Origin: a virus
Lineage: Duplodnaviria > Heunggongvirae > Uroviricota > Caudoviricetes
Strand: one strand, 5' to 3'
IMG/VR virus record: IMGVR_UViG_3300032241_002220
Span: 25,376 to 89,375 of that record
DNA: 64,000 nucleotides
Shown here: positions 20,781-29,663 of the stretch, piece by piece
How the letters are laid out: the number at the start of each line of letters is the position of its first letter
Numbering within the stretch: position 1 is the stretch's first letter
Made by a program: the position numbers and the translations under genes
Notes under the pieces: model-generated
Databases searched by the model: none
What the model was told of the DNA's origin: nothing
What the model saw: only the letters and a program-made list of their open reading frames with translations

Positions 20781-21464
20781 ATGAAACTAATACTAAATAA
20801 AGGACAACGACTCTGGTTTACGAGCGATACACACTACAACCATTCAAATATCTGTTCAGCTACTACAAAGTGGACTGATGCCGAAGATATGACTCGTGCT
20901 TTTAATTCATTGGAAGATATGAATAAAACATTAGTTGAAAATATAAATTCATGTGTTGAAGTAAATGATGTTTTGATTCATTTGGGCGATTGGTCTTTTG
21001 GTGGTTTTGATATGATTGAAGAATTTAGAAAACAAATCAAGTGCAAAAACATTCATTTGATACTAGGTAATCACGATAATCATATCCAAAACAACAAGAA
21101 TAACGTACAATCTCTGTTTAGTTCTATTCACGAATATTTGTATTTGGATTTGAGAATACCAGCTGGAAAAGAAGTAAACAAATTTAGAATGGTTTGTATG
21201 CATTATCCTCTAGCTAGTTGGAACGGAATGAATGATGGTGTTGTTCACCTTCACGGACACGTTCATCTTCCTAAAGATCTTAGAGTGGCTAAAGGTAAAG
21301 CAATGGATGTTGGTGTTGACGGAAACGATCTATACCCAATTGAATTGTTTCAAATATTGAATATTATGAAAACACAACCGGTTATGAGCTTGTCATTGCC
21401 AAAAGATCATCACGTTAAAAGAGTAGCACCAGTTGAAGAAAAAGGAGGACATTATGGATGTTAA
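20781..21464 (+). CDS. calcineurin-like metallophosphoesterase
   Basis: FTSDTHYNH...HLGDW...LGNHDNH motifs. Start set at MKLILNK after the promoter-like TGTATATTTACA. Confidence 0.6.
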   Translation: MKLILNKGQRLWFTSDTHYNHSNICSATTKWTDAEDMTRAFNSLEDMNKTLVENINSCVEVNDVLIHLGDWSFGGFDMIEEFRKQIKCKNIHLILGNHDNHIQNNKNNVQSLFSSIHEYLYLDLRIPAGKEVNKFRMVCMHYPLASWNGMNDGVVHLHGHVHLPKDLRVAKGKAMDVGVDGNDLYPIELFQILNIMKTQPVMSLSLPKDHHVKRVAPVEEKGGHYGC

Positions 21465-21846
21465 TAAATTAGAAGAATTCCTTAAAAGTGAAGAAGGACA
21501 ACGTTCTATGGATAAATGGGTTATGGATCTTGTAAATAAAAAAGAACATCTAAAACGTTGGGTTGAAAAGTTTAAAAAGTGGGCAGAACCAAATATAGAT
21601 GCTGCTTTAGAAATACTAATCACCAAATATGACTCTTCAGAATATGTTAAACGAGAATATAAAATCGGATATGAACCAAGAGAAGAATTTCTTTGGTTAG
21701 CTTTCGAGTATGCTAGAATATATTGTAAACCTTGTGAAGATGAAAAATATTTTAATATGTTTACAGGAGAGGCTTATTATATAGGTTCATATGTAATTCA
21801 ATCAATGCATGGTCAAGGTTCTGTTATAAGAATTGATAAAATATAA
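21433..21846 (+). CDS. hypothetical protein
   Basis: 137 aa ORF. Confidence 0.45.
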   Translation: MKKKEDIMDVNKLEEFLKSEEGQRSMDKWVMDLVNKKEHLKRWVEKFKKWAEPNIDAALEILITKYDSSEYVKREYKIGYEPREEFLWLAFEYARIYCKPCEDEKYFNMFTGEAYYIGSYVIQSMHGQGSVIRIDKI

Positions 21847-21856
21847 AATTAAAACA

Positions 21857-22279
21857 ATGGATAAAATATTATATCTTACAAGAGGTCTTCCAGGATCTGG
21901 AAAAACAACTCTGGCTCATCAATTAACAAATTCACATTCTATTTGTGAAGCAGATAAATTCTTCTATGATAAAGAAGGTAATTATAATTGGGATGGAGAT
22001 AAACTAAATGAGGCTCATAATTGGTGTGTAAGTGAAGTTAAAGTTCGAATGATGGATAATGCTAGAAATGAACAATTTTATCCTATAATAGTTGTTTCAA
22101 ATACTTTCACTATGGAAAGTGAAATGGAGCCTTACATAGAACTAGCTAAAAAATATGGTTATATAGTAATTTCATTAATATTGGAAAATAGACATGGCTC
22201 TGTATCAAAACATAACGTTCCTATTAAATCTTTGAACAAAATGGAACAAAGATTGCGACAAAATATAAAACTTCGTTAA
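21857..22279 (+). CDS. P-loop nucleoside/polynucleotide kinase-like protein
   Basis: Walker A LTRGLPGSGKTTLA at the N-terminus. Size and layout resemble Pnk-type kinase domains. Confidence 0.5.
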   Translation: MDKILYLTRGLPGSGKTTLAHQLTNSHSICEADKFFYDKEGNYNWDGDKLNEAHNWCVSEVKVRMMDNARNEQFYPIIVVSNTFTMESEMEPYIELAKKYGYIVISLILENRHGSVSKHNVPIKSLNKMEQRLRQNIKLR

Positions 22280-22282
22280 AAA

Positions 22283-22337
22283 AGTTTGGAGGGGCGAATA
22301 CCCCTTCGTACATTTATGTAAGTAAAAATAAAAACAT
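22283..22337 (+). promoter_or_regulatory. promoter: TTTGG + GGGGCGAATACCCC hairpin spacer + TACATTTATGTAAGTAAAAATAAAAAC
   Basis: The hairpin sits in the spacer between -33 and -7. ATG 22338. Confidence 0.6.
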
Positions 22338-23171
22338 ATGATATTAAACCTAGCATATCCTGAAGATTCTCAGGTAAATTTTCAAATATCTCAATTTCCA
22401 GATGGGCAACAATCTTTAACTATCCTTTCAGGTGTAGGACCTGAGGATTGTATTATTATAGGTTCCCATTTAAATTCATTTAAAGATTTAGAATTAATAA
22501 TCTGTGCCAATGTGGCTTTAAAAGAAATGGGAGTTAAAAATATTGAATTGTATGTTCCTTATTTTCTAGGTGCTCGTTCAGATAGGAAATTTGGTGAAGG
22601 TGGATTTAACTATTTAAAAACTGTTATTTGCCCTATAATCAATTCTCAAAATTTTAGTAAAGTAATAGTTTTAGACCCACATTCAGATGTACTTGAGGCT
22701 TGCTTAAATAATTTTGAAAAAAGAAGCAATATAGGAGTTGTATCTCATGCTCTTCAAGGCATTGATGCTGAAAAAGAAGATACAGTAATTATATCTCCTG
22801 ATGCCGGTGCATTAAAAAAGATATACGATATTGCTAAGGTATTTGACTTACCAAATGTAATTACAGCAGGTAAGGTTAGAGATATTCCAACAGGTAAAAT
22901 ATTAAAAACTGAATTGCCTAATATTACTCAATTTGAAGGTAAGAAATTCCTTATCATAGACGATATTTGCGATGGAGGTAGAACGTTTATTGAACTAGCG
23001 AAAGCAATTAAAGAACAACTCCCTGATGCTGAATGTTATTTATGTGTTACTCATGGTATTTTTAACCAGGGATTTGATGAATTATCAACTTATTTTAAAA
23101 AAATCTATTGTACAAATAGTGTAAAAGATTTTAATTGGAAACCTTTTATTAATCAACTAAATGTATTTTAA
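22338..23171 (+). CDS. ribose-phosphate pyrophosphokinase-like (PRPP synthetase family)
   Basis: 277 aa. YVPYFLGARSDRK resembles the Prs PYFGYARQDR motif. FLIIDDICDGGRT is a PRPP-binding loop. Confidence 0.6.
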   Translation: MILNLAYPEDSQVNFQISQFPDGQQSLTILSGVGPEDCIIIGSHLNSFKDLELIICANVALKEMGVKNIELYVPYFLGARSDRKFGEGGFNYLKTVICPIINSQNFSKVIVLDPHSDVLEACLNNFEKRSNIGVVSHALQGIDAEKEDTVIISPDAGALKKIYDIAKVFDLPNVITAGKVRDIPTGKILKTELPNITQFEGKKFLIIDDICDGGRTFIELAKAIKEQLPDAECYLCVTHGIFNQGFDELSTYFKKIYCTNSVKDFNWKPFINQLNVF

Positions 23172-23173
23172 TT

Positions 23174-23599
23174 ATGGACTTAACAAATAAATACGTTACC
23201 CGTCTTAGGAAAGAGTGGGAACAATATGGAAAAATTATAGTTGCAGTAGACTTTGATGACACTATTTCTCCTTGGAAATTTTCAAAAGAAGAACTTCAAG
23301 ACACAGTAGACTTAGTAAAAGAAGTACAACAAACCGGAGCTTATATTGTTATATTTACAGCCTGTTCTCCAGATAGATATGAAGAAATTTCATCTTATGT
23401 TAATTCTTTAGGTATTAAAGTAGATGCTATCAATCAAACACCAATAGAGATACCTTATGGTAATCATAATAAAATCTATGCCAATATCTTTTTAGATGAT
23501 CGCGCAGGACTTGAAGAAGCCAAAAAAATATTGCGAGAATGCATGTATCTTCAAAGAAGCTTTAAAAGATCGCAAATTACTTTGGACGAAGTTGGATAA
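23174..23599 (+). CDS. HAD-like hydrolase (DxDxT)
   Basis: IVAVDFDDTISP motif near the N-terminus. Confidence 0.35.
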   Translation: MDLTNKYVTRLRKEWEQYGKIIVAVDFDDTISPWKFSKEELQDTVDLVKEVQQTGAYIVIFTACSPDRYEEISSYVNSLGIKVDAINQTPIEIPYGNHNKIYANIFLDDRAGLEEAKKILRECMYLQRSFKRSQITLDEVG

Positions 23600-23657
23600 A
23601 AATTTGGCTACCTCAAACATTAGTCGTATATTTACGTAAATAAAAAATTAAAAAATT
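23600..23657 (+). promoter_or_regulatory. Bacteroidetes-type promoter (TTTGGCTACCTCAAACATTAGTCGTATATTTACGTAAATAAAAAATT)
   Basis: ATG 23658 (nadV). Confidence 0.65.
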
Positions 23658-25202
23658 ATGTTTAAACCAGTTAGTTTATTTTACACAGACGGATATAAGA
23701 TTGGCCACAAGAAAATGTTAGCCCCAGGAACTACAAAATTATATGGTACTTGGATTCCTCGTAGCACAAAATATGCTCCTACCGGTGTTACAAAAATAGT
23801 ATCGTTTGGTCAACAGCTTGTAGTTCGTTGGTTAAATGATGAGTTTACAGAACATTTTTTCAACCAACCAAAATCAGTAGCAACCCAATTTGGTAAAGAT
23901 ATGTCAATGTATCTTGGAATGGATTATGATGCTACCCATTTTGAAGCACTTCATGATTTAGGTTATTTACCTATTCGAATCAAAGCATTACCAGAAGGTA
24001 TTGAAACATTACCTAATGTTCCTCATATGACATTCATCAATACAGTAGATGGTTTTGCGTGGTTAACTTTATATTTGGAAACGATTATATCTTCATTAGC
24101 TTGGAAACCTTCAACATCAGCCACTATTGCTCTACAATATCGTAGGAATTTAGTTCAATGGGTTATGAAAACAGATCCGGCTAACGCGTGGTTGATTCCT
24201 TTCCTCGCACACGATTTCTCTGCTCGTGGTTTATCTCCTTGGGACATGTTATCAAGCGGTTTAGGACATGCTACTTCGTTTAGAGGTTCTGATACCATTA
24301 TTTGTATTCCTGGTGCTCGTTATTTTTATAATGAACCTGAAAATGAAGTTTGTATCAATTCGGTAAATGCTTCTGAACATAGCGTTTCAACAACTAAAAT
24401 CTTTACAGTTGGTGAACAACAAATGATTGCAGATTGGTTGGTTGATTTTCCTAAAGGAATATTATCAATTGTATCAGATACGTTTGATTTGTGGAAGTTG
24501 ATTACCGAATACTTACCTGCAAACAAAGAAGCAATCATGGCTCGTGATGGTAAGTTGGTTATCCGTCCTGACTCTGGTGATCCGGTTGATATTATTTGTG
24601 GGTTAAACACTAAAACTAAGGTTGAATATTTTCAAAATGCTGATGCTCCAGATGTTAAAGGTGTAATCGAATTACTTTGGGAAATCTTCGGTGGTACAAT
24701 CAACGAACAAGGTTACAAAGTTCTTGATCCACACATCGGAGCCATTTACGGTGACTCAATTACATTGGAACGTCAAATTCAGATTTATGAAAGGTTAGCG
24801 GCTAAAGGTTTTGCTTCAACTAATATTGTACTCGGTGTTGGTTCTTATACATACCAAATGAATACTCGTGATACTTTAGGTTTTGCTGCTAAAGGTGCCT
24901 GGTTTGAAGTTGAAGAAGAATACGATGCCACTCCAGAAGAACATGGAGAACCAGTTGTTGATTTTTATATACCTGGATTTAATAAAATAGGTTACGACAT
25001 CTACAAAGATCCAGTAACCGATTCAGGTAAAACAAAGAAATCTTTGAAAGGTCTTATCATGGTAGATGAAAATCTTGAAGTACACACCCAATGTACACCT
25101 CAACAAGAGGCTCAAGGTTTATTACAAACCATTTATATGGATGGTAAATTCTACAATCAAACAACATTAACTGAAATTCGCGCTAAACTTGAAAAGCTAT
25201 GA
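23658..25202 (+). CDS. nadV: nicotinamide phosphoribosyltransferase
   Basis: 514 aa. N-terminal LFYTDGYKIGHKKM...TKLYGTWIPRS matches the NAMPT/NadV signature. Size fits. Confidence 0.8.
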   Translation: MFKPVSLFYTDGYKIGHKKMLAPGTTKLYGTWIPRSTKYAPTGVTKIVSFGQQLVVRWLNDEFTEHFFNQPKSVATQFGKDMSMYLGMDYDATHFEALHDLGYLPIRIKALPEGIETLPNVPHMTFINTVDGFAWLTLYLETIISSLAWKPSTSATIALQYRRNLVQWVMKTDPANAWLIPFLAHDFSARGLSPWDMLSSGLGHATSFRGSDTIICIPGARYFYNEPENEVCINSVNASEHSVSTTKIFTVGEQQMIADWLVDFPKGILSIVSDTFDLWKLITEYLPANKEAIMARDGKLVIRPDSGDPVDIICGLNTKTKVEYFQNADAPDVKGVIELLWEIFGGTINEQGYKVLDPHIGAIYGDSITLERQIQIYERLAAKGFASTNIVLGVGSYTYQMNTRDTLGFAAKGAWFEVEEEYDATPEEHGEPVVDFYIPGFNKIGYDIYKDPVTDSGKTKKSLKGLIMVDENLEVHTQCTPQQEAQGLLQTIYMDGKFYNQTTLTEIRAKLEKL

Positions 25203-25597
25203 AAGAACAATTTGTTACATACGAAATAGCTATAATCTTAAAAGAAAAAGGGTTTAATGAAGATTGTTTAGGTGTATATATCGATAAAGAATTAACTATA
25301 GGTTTACCGGAAACTACATTAAATGTAATTACTAAATATTATGATATTCTTGAAAAAGAAGAATATTTATTAGCTCCATTATGGCAACAAGCAATTGATT
25401 GGTTTAGAGAAAAACATCGTTTTATTATAACTATAGATTTTTTAAACAAACAAGAATCATTACACCCTAACGATCCAGAATGGACATCAGAATTATATAA
25501 TATGGATAACTTTCATTATATCATAGCTGAATACGATAGATACTCATACGAAGACGCAAGACAAGTAACTATTGAACATGCCTTAACATTGATTTAA
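25199..25597 (+). CDS. hypothetical protein
   Basis: 132 aa ORF. Confidence 0.45.
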   Translation: MKEQFVTYEIAIILKEKGFNEDCLGVYIDKELTIGLPETTLNVITKYYDILEKEEYLLAPLWQQAIDWFREKHRFIITIDFLNKQESLHPNDPEWTSELYNMDNFHYIIAEYDRYSYEDARQVTIEHALTLI

Positions 25598-25662
25598 TAT
25601 GGTAATAAAAATCTTTATAGCAATAGTAGTAACACTTATACTTTTACCTAATTTTAAAAAAA

Positions 25663-26799
25663 ATGGAAAATAACAATAGCGTTTGCTTCATAGCAAAAAT
25701 AAACGAAATAAAAGAAATACCGGGAGCCGACAATATCGAACAGGCAATGGTAGGCAACTGGTCTTGCATCATCAAAAAAGGAGCTTATGCTGAAGGTGGT
25801 TTAGTGGTTTGTGCTACTACAGACGCTGTTATACCTGAAGACTTGGCCGAAAAGATGAACGTAACAAACTACTTACGTAAGGGCAACCGTGTGCGTACAG
25901 TAAAGCTTCGTGGTGTTTATTCCGAGTGTTTGGTTATACCTTTTGAAATCGGAGACGTTATGACTAAAGACGAGTTACACGAAGGTAAAGACATGATGGC
26001 TATATTGGGTATTATAAAGTTTGAACCTCCCGTAAAGCAAATTCAACTCGCTTCAGGTAAAAAGATACGCTATAGTGAAAATCCAAATTTTCATATATAT
26101 TATAAATTTCCAAATCTTAAAAACGTATCATGTATGTTTACAGAAGAGGACTCGGTTCAAATCACACGCAAGATACACGGCACTTCATCTAGGTATGGTA
26201 TAGTGAAAAAGAATAAATTATCTTTTTGGGATAAATTCAGAAAGTTCTTTAGGATAGCTAATGAATGGATTGATTACGAGTTTGTAGTAGGTTCACATAA
26301 CGTTGAAAAGGGATCCGATTCTCAAGGTTTCTATGATACAAATGTTTGGTATGAAATAGCCAACAAATATAAGATCAAAGAAAAGCTTTGGGATTATGTA
26401 AAAAAGTATATGTCTTTAGAAGAACTAGGTTCTGGTGTTGTAATATATGGTGAAATCTATGGAGCCGGTATTCAAAAGGGTTATGATTATGGTCTTAAGG
26501 ATATTCAATTTGCTGGATTTGATGTTATGGAAAATGGGCAATATTTGAGTGCATTTAATACTCTTCTTGTTTTAAAATGTATGATAGATTTACCTCATGT
26601 CCCTGTATTATACGATGGTCATTGGTCTCAAGAAATTCAAGATAAGTATGTATTTAATAACTTTATTGAAGGTACAAAAGTACCACACGAAGGTATTGTT
26701 ATCAAGCATACTTCAGGTAATCGTTTTAAAGTCGCAAAAGTGATTAATCCAGACTATTTAATTTATGGAGAAAAACATGATATAGGAGACTCACACTAA
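25663..26799 (+). CDS. Rnl2-family RNA ligase
   Basis: 378 aa. Nucleotidyltransferase motif I RKIHGTSSRYG (T4 Rnl2 has EKIHGTN). GEIYGAGIQKGYDYG parallels Rnl2 GEFAGPGIQKNVDY. Confidence 0.75.
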   Translation: MENNNSVCFIAKINEIKEIPGADNIEQAMVGNWSCIIKKGAYAEGGLVVCATTDAVIPEDLAEKMNVTNYLRKGNRVRTVKLRGVYSECLVIPFEIGDVMTKDELHEGKDMMAILGIIKFEPPVKQIQLASGKKIRYSENPNFHIYYKFPNLKNVSCMFTEEDSVQITRKIHGTSSRYGIVKKNKLSFWDKFRKFFRIANEWIDYEFVVGSHNVEKGSDSQGFYDTNVWYEIANKYKIKEKLWDYVKKYMSLEELGSGVVIYGEIYGAGIQKGYDYGLKDIQFAGFDVMENGQYLSAFNTLLVLKCMIDLPHVPVLYDGHWSQEIQDKYVFNNFIEGTKVPHEGIVIKHTSGNRFKVAKVINPDYLIYGEKHDIGDSH

Positions 26800-26809
26800 A
26801 ATTAAGGTT

Positions 26810-27148
26810 ATGTACAGAAAAGATGGTGAACGTGATATGCGTTTTAAAGAAAACAAGGATTGGGCTAGCGGTTTAACAATGCTAGCCTATATCCTTATAA
26901 TAGGGGTTGTATTATATTTAGGTTGGCAAGGTATATTTAAATTATTTTCAAATCGAAAAAATGATGATAGGCCTTTAATAGTAGCCGGTATTCATAGTTT
27001 GATTTTAATAATCATATTTGTGTGTGGATTTGTTACTGACGGAGATACACAAAAATGGTTTATCGGCGCTTTTGTATATTCTATTATGCATAGTATTATA
27101 TTTACGTTAATTGGGTTTGTACTTAATATGGTAATTAAAGATAAATAA
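26810..27148 (+). CDS. membrane protein
   Basis: 112 aa, three predicted TM helices. Confidence 0.45.
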   Translation: MYRKDGERDMRFKENKDWASGLTMLAYILIIGVVLYLGWQGIFKLFSNRKNDDRPLIVAGIHSLILIIIFVCGFVTDGDTQKWFIGAFVYSIMHSIIFTLIGFVLNMVIKDK

Positions 27149-27160
27149 CTACTATTGCGC

Positions 27161-27251
27161 AGATAAATACAATCTCTCGCGGATTTTTTTACAAAAAACG
27201 TGGAAAAGCGTAAAACCCGTCGTACATTTACGTCAATAAAGAATTAAGGTT
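27161..27251 (+). promoter_or_regulatory. compound promoter (box ATAAATACAATCTCTCGCGG + hairpin + -7 TACATTTACG)
   Basis: Same architecture as 18129. CGGATTTTT...AAAACCCG inverted repeat around ACGTGGAAAAG. ATG 27252. Confidence 0.6.
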
Positions 27252-27575
27252 ATGAAACAATATACAATAGAAGAAATCCGCAATTACATTAAATCTCAAG
27301 ACAGTTTAGGTGATGTATTATACAACTTAACAGAGGAAAAAATAGACGAAGCCAACAAAGTGATAGAAATAGTTGGCTGTTTAGAGACTGTAGATAATTG
27401 GGGTAGAGAAGAACAATATGACGCCCAAGAAACATATAAGTTACTAACTAACCCCGATGAATGGACTGATGATCAAAGATTTTATGATGAATGTAATAGA
27501 TGTTTCTTTATTGAAGAATTAATTGGTAAAAAAATTAAAGTAGGTCCATTTACCTTTACCTTAACCGAAGATTAA
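27252..27575 (+). CDS. hypothetical protein
   Basis: 107 aa. Conserved box + promoter upstream. Confidence 0.5.
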   Translation: MKQYTIEEIRNYIKSQDSLGDVLYNLTEEKIDEANKVIEIVGCLETVDNWGREEQYDAQETYKLLTNPDEWTDDQRFYDECNRCFFIEELIGKKIKVGPFTFTLTED

Positions 27576-27589
27576 TATAATATTATTTG

Positions 27590-27638
27590 GTTATTTAAAA
27601 ATAAATTCGTACATTTACGTAAATAAAAAATTAAGGTT
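27590..27638 (+). promoter_or_regulatory. promoter (TTCGTACATTTACGTAAATAAAAAATTAAGGTT)
   Basis: ATG 27639. Confidence 0.55.
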
Positions 27639-28046
27639 ATGAATAAAATTACACTACAACAACAACTCGAAGCATTTGATAAAGGAATCATTTTAGATTT
27701 TGATGGTAATGTAGATGAAAATTATAATTTTTATGATTGGTTTTGTAAAAGAACCTCACTAAAAGCAAAATCGGAAAAACTTTTTAAAATAGTAAAACGT
27801 TGGGCTAAAAATAAAAATATAGATACTACTAAGTTCTATTGTTTTTTTAAAAATAACTGCCCTCTTAACGGACCATTATACGATGATTTTAGAATATGTG
27901 ATATTGAAACAGGTGACGTTATGTGGACTGTAATTCCTAAAAGTGGATTTACAAATCAAGCAGAAATTTGGGGTTATCCAAACGATTTTAAAGGCCCTAT
28001 TGTTACAGGTAAAAATATGAACGAAATCTTTAAACAATCCTTTTAA
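27639..28046 (+). CDS. hypothetical protein
   Basis: 135 aa. Conserved promoter upstream. Confidence 0.5.
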   Translation: MNKITLQQQLEAFDKGIILDFDGNVDENYNFYDWFCKRTSLKAKSEKLFKIVKRWAKNKNIDTTKFYCFFKNNCPLNGPLYDDFRICDIETGDVMWTVIPKSGFTNQAEIWGYPNDFKGPIVTGKNMNEIFKQSF

Positions 28047-28047
28047 T

Positions 28048-28425
28048 ATGAAATTTGAATCAGGAAAAGAATACGCTAAAGCATTAGTTAATGGTATAGT
28101 ACAATCCGAATCAGAAACACCAGCCGAATCAAGGATTCCAGATGAATTGTTGGAATATTTTTTCAAAAATATTGAAGATTTATGTGATCAAAAATATTAT
28201 AATTACATAGTTGGTGCCGTTGAAAGTTATATTTTAACAGATACAGAATTGGAAGAAGCGTTTAATAGTGCTAACCAATCATATATTGAAGTAATATTAG
28301 ATGGTTTGGTTGATAAAAATATGCTTGAAGTTTCTGTTGGTGAAGGTGGAGATATACTTTATGGTTTAACTCCTCAAGGTGAACAAGTTGTTAAAAAACT
28401 AAATCAAAATCCTTTGGAAAATTAA
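28048..28425 (+). CDS. hypothetical acidic protein
   Basis: 125 aa ORF. Confidence 0.45.
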   Translation: MKFESGKEYAKALVNGIVQSESETPAESRIPDELLEYFFKNIEDLCDQKYYNYIVGAVESYILTDTELEEAFNSANQSYIEVILDGLVDKNMLEVSVGEGGDILYGLTPQGEQVVKKLNQNPLEN

Positions 28426-28464
28426 AATATTAGTCGTACATTTACGTTAATAAAAAAATAAAAC
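28420..28464 (+). promoter_or_regulatory. promoter (GTCGTACATTTACGTTAATAAAAAAATAAAAC)
   Basis: ATG 28465. Confidence 0.55.
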
Positions 28465-28692
28465 ATGCTCGAAGGTAAAAAAGTAAATTGGGGTAAAAAA
28501 CAAGAAATAGCTGTTGCTACTGCTGAAACAAAGAAATCAGGTACCACAGTTAAAGTATCTAAGCTAATAGATAAACTAGAGGAGTTTCTAGCACTATCTG
28601 AAATAGCTTATGAAAATAAACCAACATCGGAATTATATGGTGTTATTACCTCTACTAGAATTAATTTAGCAGAATTAAATAGATTAAACTAA
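28465..28692 (+). CDS. hypothetical protein
   Basis: 75 aa. Conserved promoter upstream. Confidence 0.45.
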   Translation: MLEGKKVNWGKKQEIAVATAETKKSGTTVKVSKLIDKLEEFLALSEIAYENKPTSELYGVITSTRINLAELNRLN

Positions 28693-28697
28693 ATCAT

Positions 28698-28976
28698 ATG
28701 ATAGTAATATTATTAATTGCCTTATACGTAGCATGCGTTTTGTATATGCGAAATTGGATTAAAATAGCTCATTCTAAAGATAGAAGATTTAAAATAGCTC
28801 ATTCTAAAGATGGAATATTTAGTAATTTAGATGTGGAGTTTATGGATTTCTTTTATACATTTATGCCTATAGCTAATACAGTATGTTCTTTTGTATTTTT
28901 CTTTATATCACCTTATGAAAATAAGCCATATAGAAAACCGATTAATTATAATAAAATTTTTGGAGTTAAAAAATAA
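28698..28976 (+). CDS. small membrane protein with internal tandem duplication
   Basis: 92 aa. KIAHSKDRRF/KIAHSKDGIF duplication encoded by a 26-bp tandem repeat. Confidence 0.4.
   Translation: MIVILLIALYVACVLYMRNWIKIAHSKDRRFKIAHSKDGIFSNLDVEFMDFFYTFMPIANTVCSFVFFFISPYENKPYRKPINYNKIFGVKK
28772..28823 (+). repeat. 26-bp direct tandem duplication
   Basis: AAAATAGCTCATTCTAAAGATAGAAGAT / TTAAAATAGCTCATTCTAAAGATGGAATAT inside the CDS at 28698. Confidence 0.6.
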
Positions 28977-28982
28977 AAGAAT

Positions 28983-29204
28983 ATGACAACACTATTAGTA
29001 ATCGTACTGTACGTTTTAAATGTACTATTGAATCGCTGGATGTATTTTGTACTGTGTAAACACGATGATGATTGGTATCCGAATCCGCCTTTTATATTTA
29101 CCCTGTTTCTCGGTCCTCTCGGAACAGTTGTAGTAGGCATGTTTTTATTAAATTATGCAAAAAATTCATTTTTTACACCACCTCACTTAAGAGATAAAAA
29201 ATAA
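28983..29204 (+). CDS. small membrane protein
   Basis: 73 aa, two TM helices. Confidence 0.4.
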   Translation: MTTLLVIVLYVLNVLLNRWMYFVLCKHDDDWYPNPPFIFTLFLGPLGTVVVGMFLLNYAKNSFFTPPHLRDKK

Positions 29205-29409
29205 AGTTATGAAAAATACCATTATATATTTATTATTGTTTTTTGTAATATTATATCTATTATTTGCTTTTGTGATTAATGATTTTAATTTTACAAAATG
29301 GAGTGAAGAAGCAAGGTTTGGTGTAGCAGCAATTTGGGCATGTTTTACTCCTCTTATAATTGTTTTTGTAAAAGACCATAATTTGTAAAAAACCATAAAA
29401 AATAAAGTT

Positions 29410-29646
29410 ATGAAAAAGATATTATCAATATTATTACTAACGAGTTTAGTAACATCGTGTGGACCAGGAACTTCACTTAGAGATACCTCAAACTATGAAA
29501 TATTAGTCGGCTCGGGAAATTCTATGGTGGTTTATTTTACAAATTCATATACCTTGGATTCAAACAAATGCATTTCGTTTAACGCTTTAGACGAAGGTGG
29601 GTTGGTTAAAATTTGTGGAAGTTATACCCTTTTAACGCTTAAATAA
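29410..29646 (+). CDS. putative lipoprotein
   Basis: MKKILSILLLTSLVTSC signal + lipobox. Confidence 0.45.
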   Translation: MKKILSILLLTSLVTSCGPGTSLRDTSNYEILVGSGNSMVVYFTNSYTLDSNKCISFNALDEGGLVKICGSYTLLTLK

Positions 29647-29663
29647 AATAAAACAATAAAGTT

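Noticed and set aside
28772-28823. Possible CRISPR array
   Set aside because: Only a two-unit direct duplication inside a CDS. No repeat-spacer periodicity anywhere in the window. No CRISPR called.
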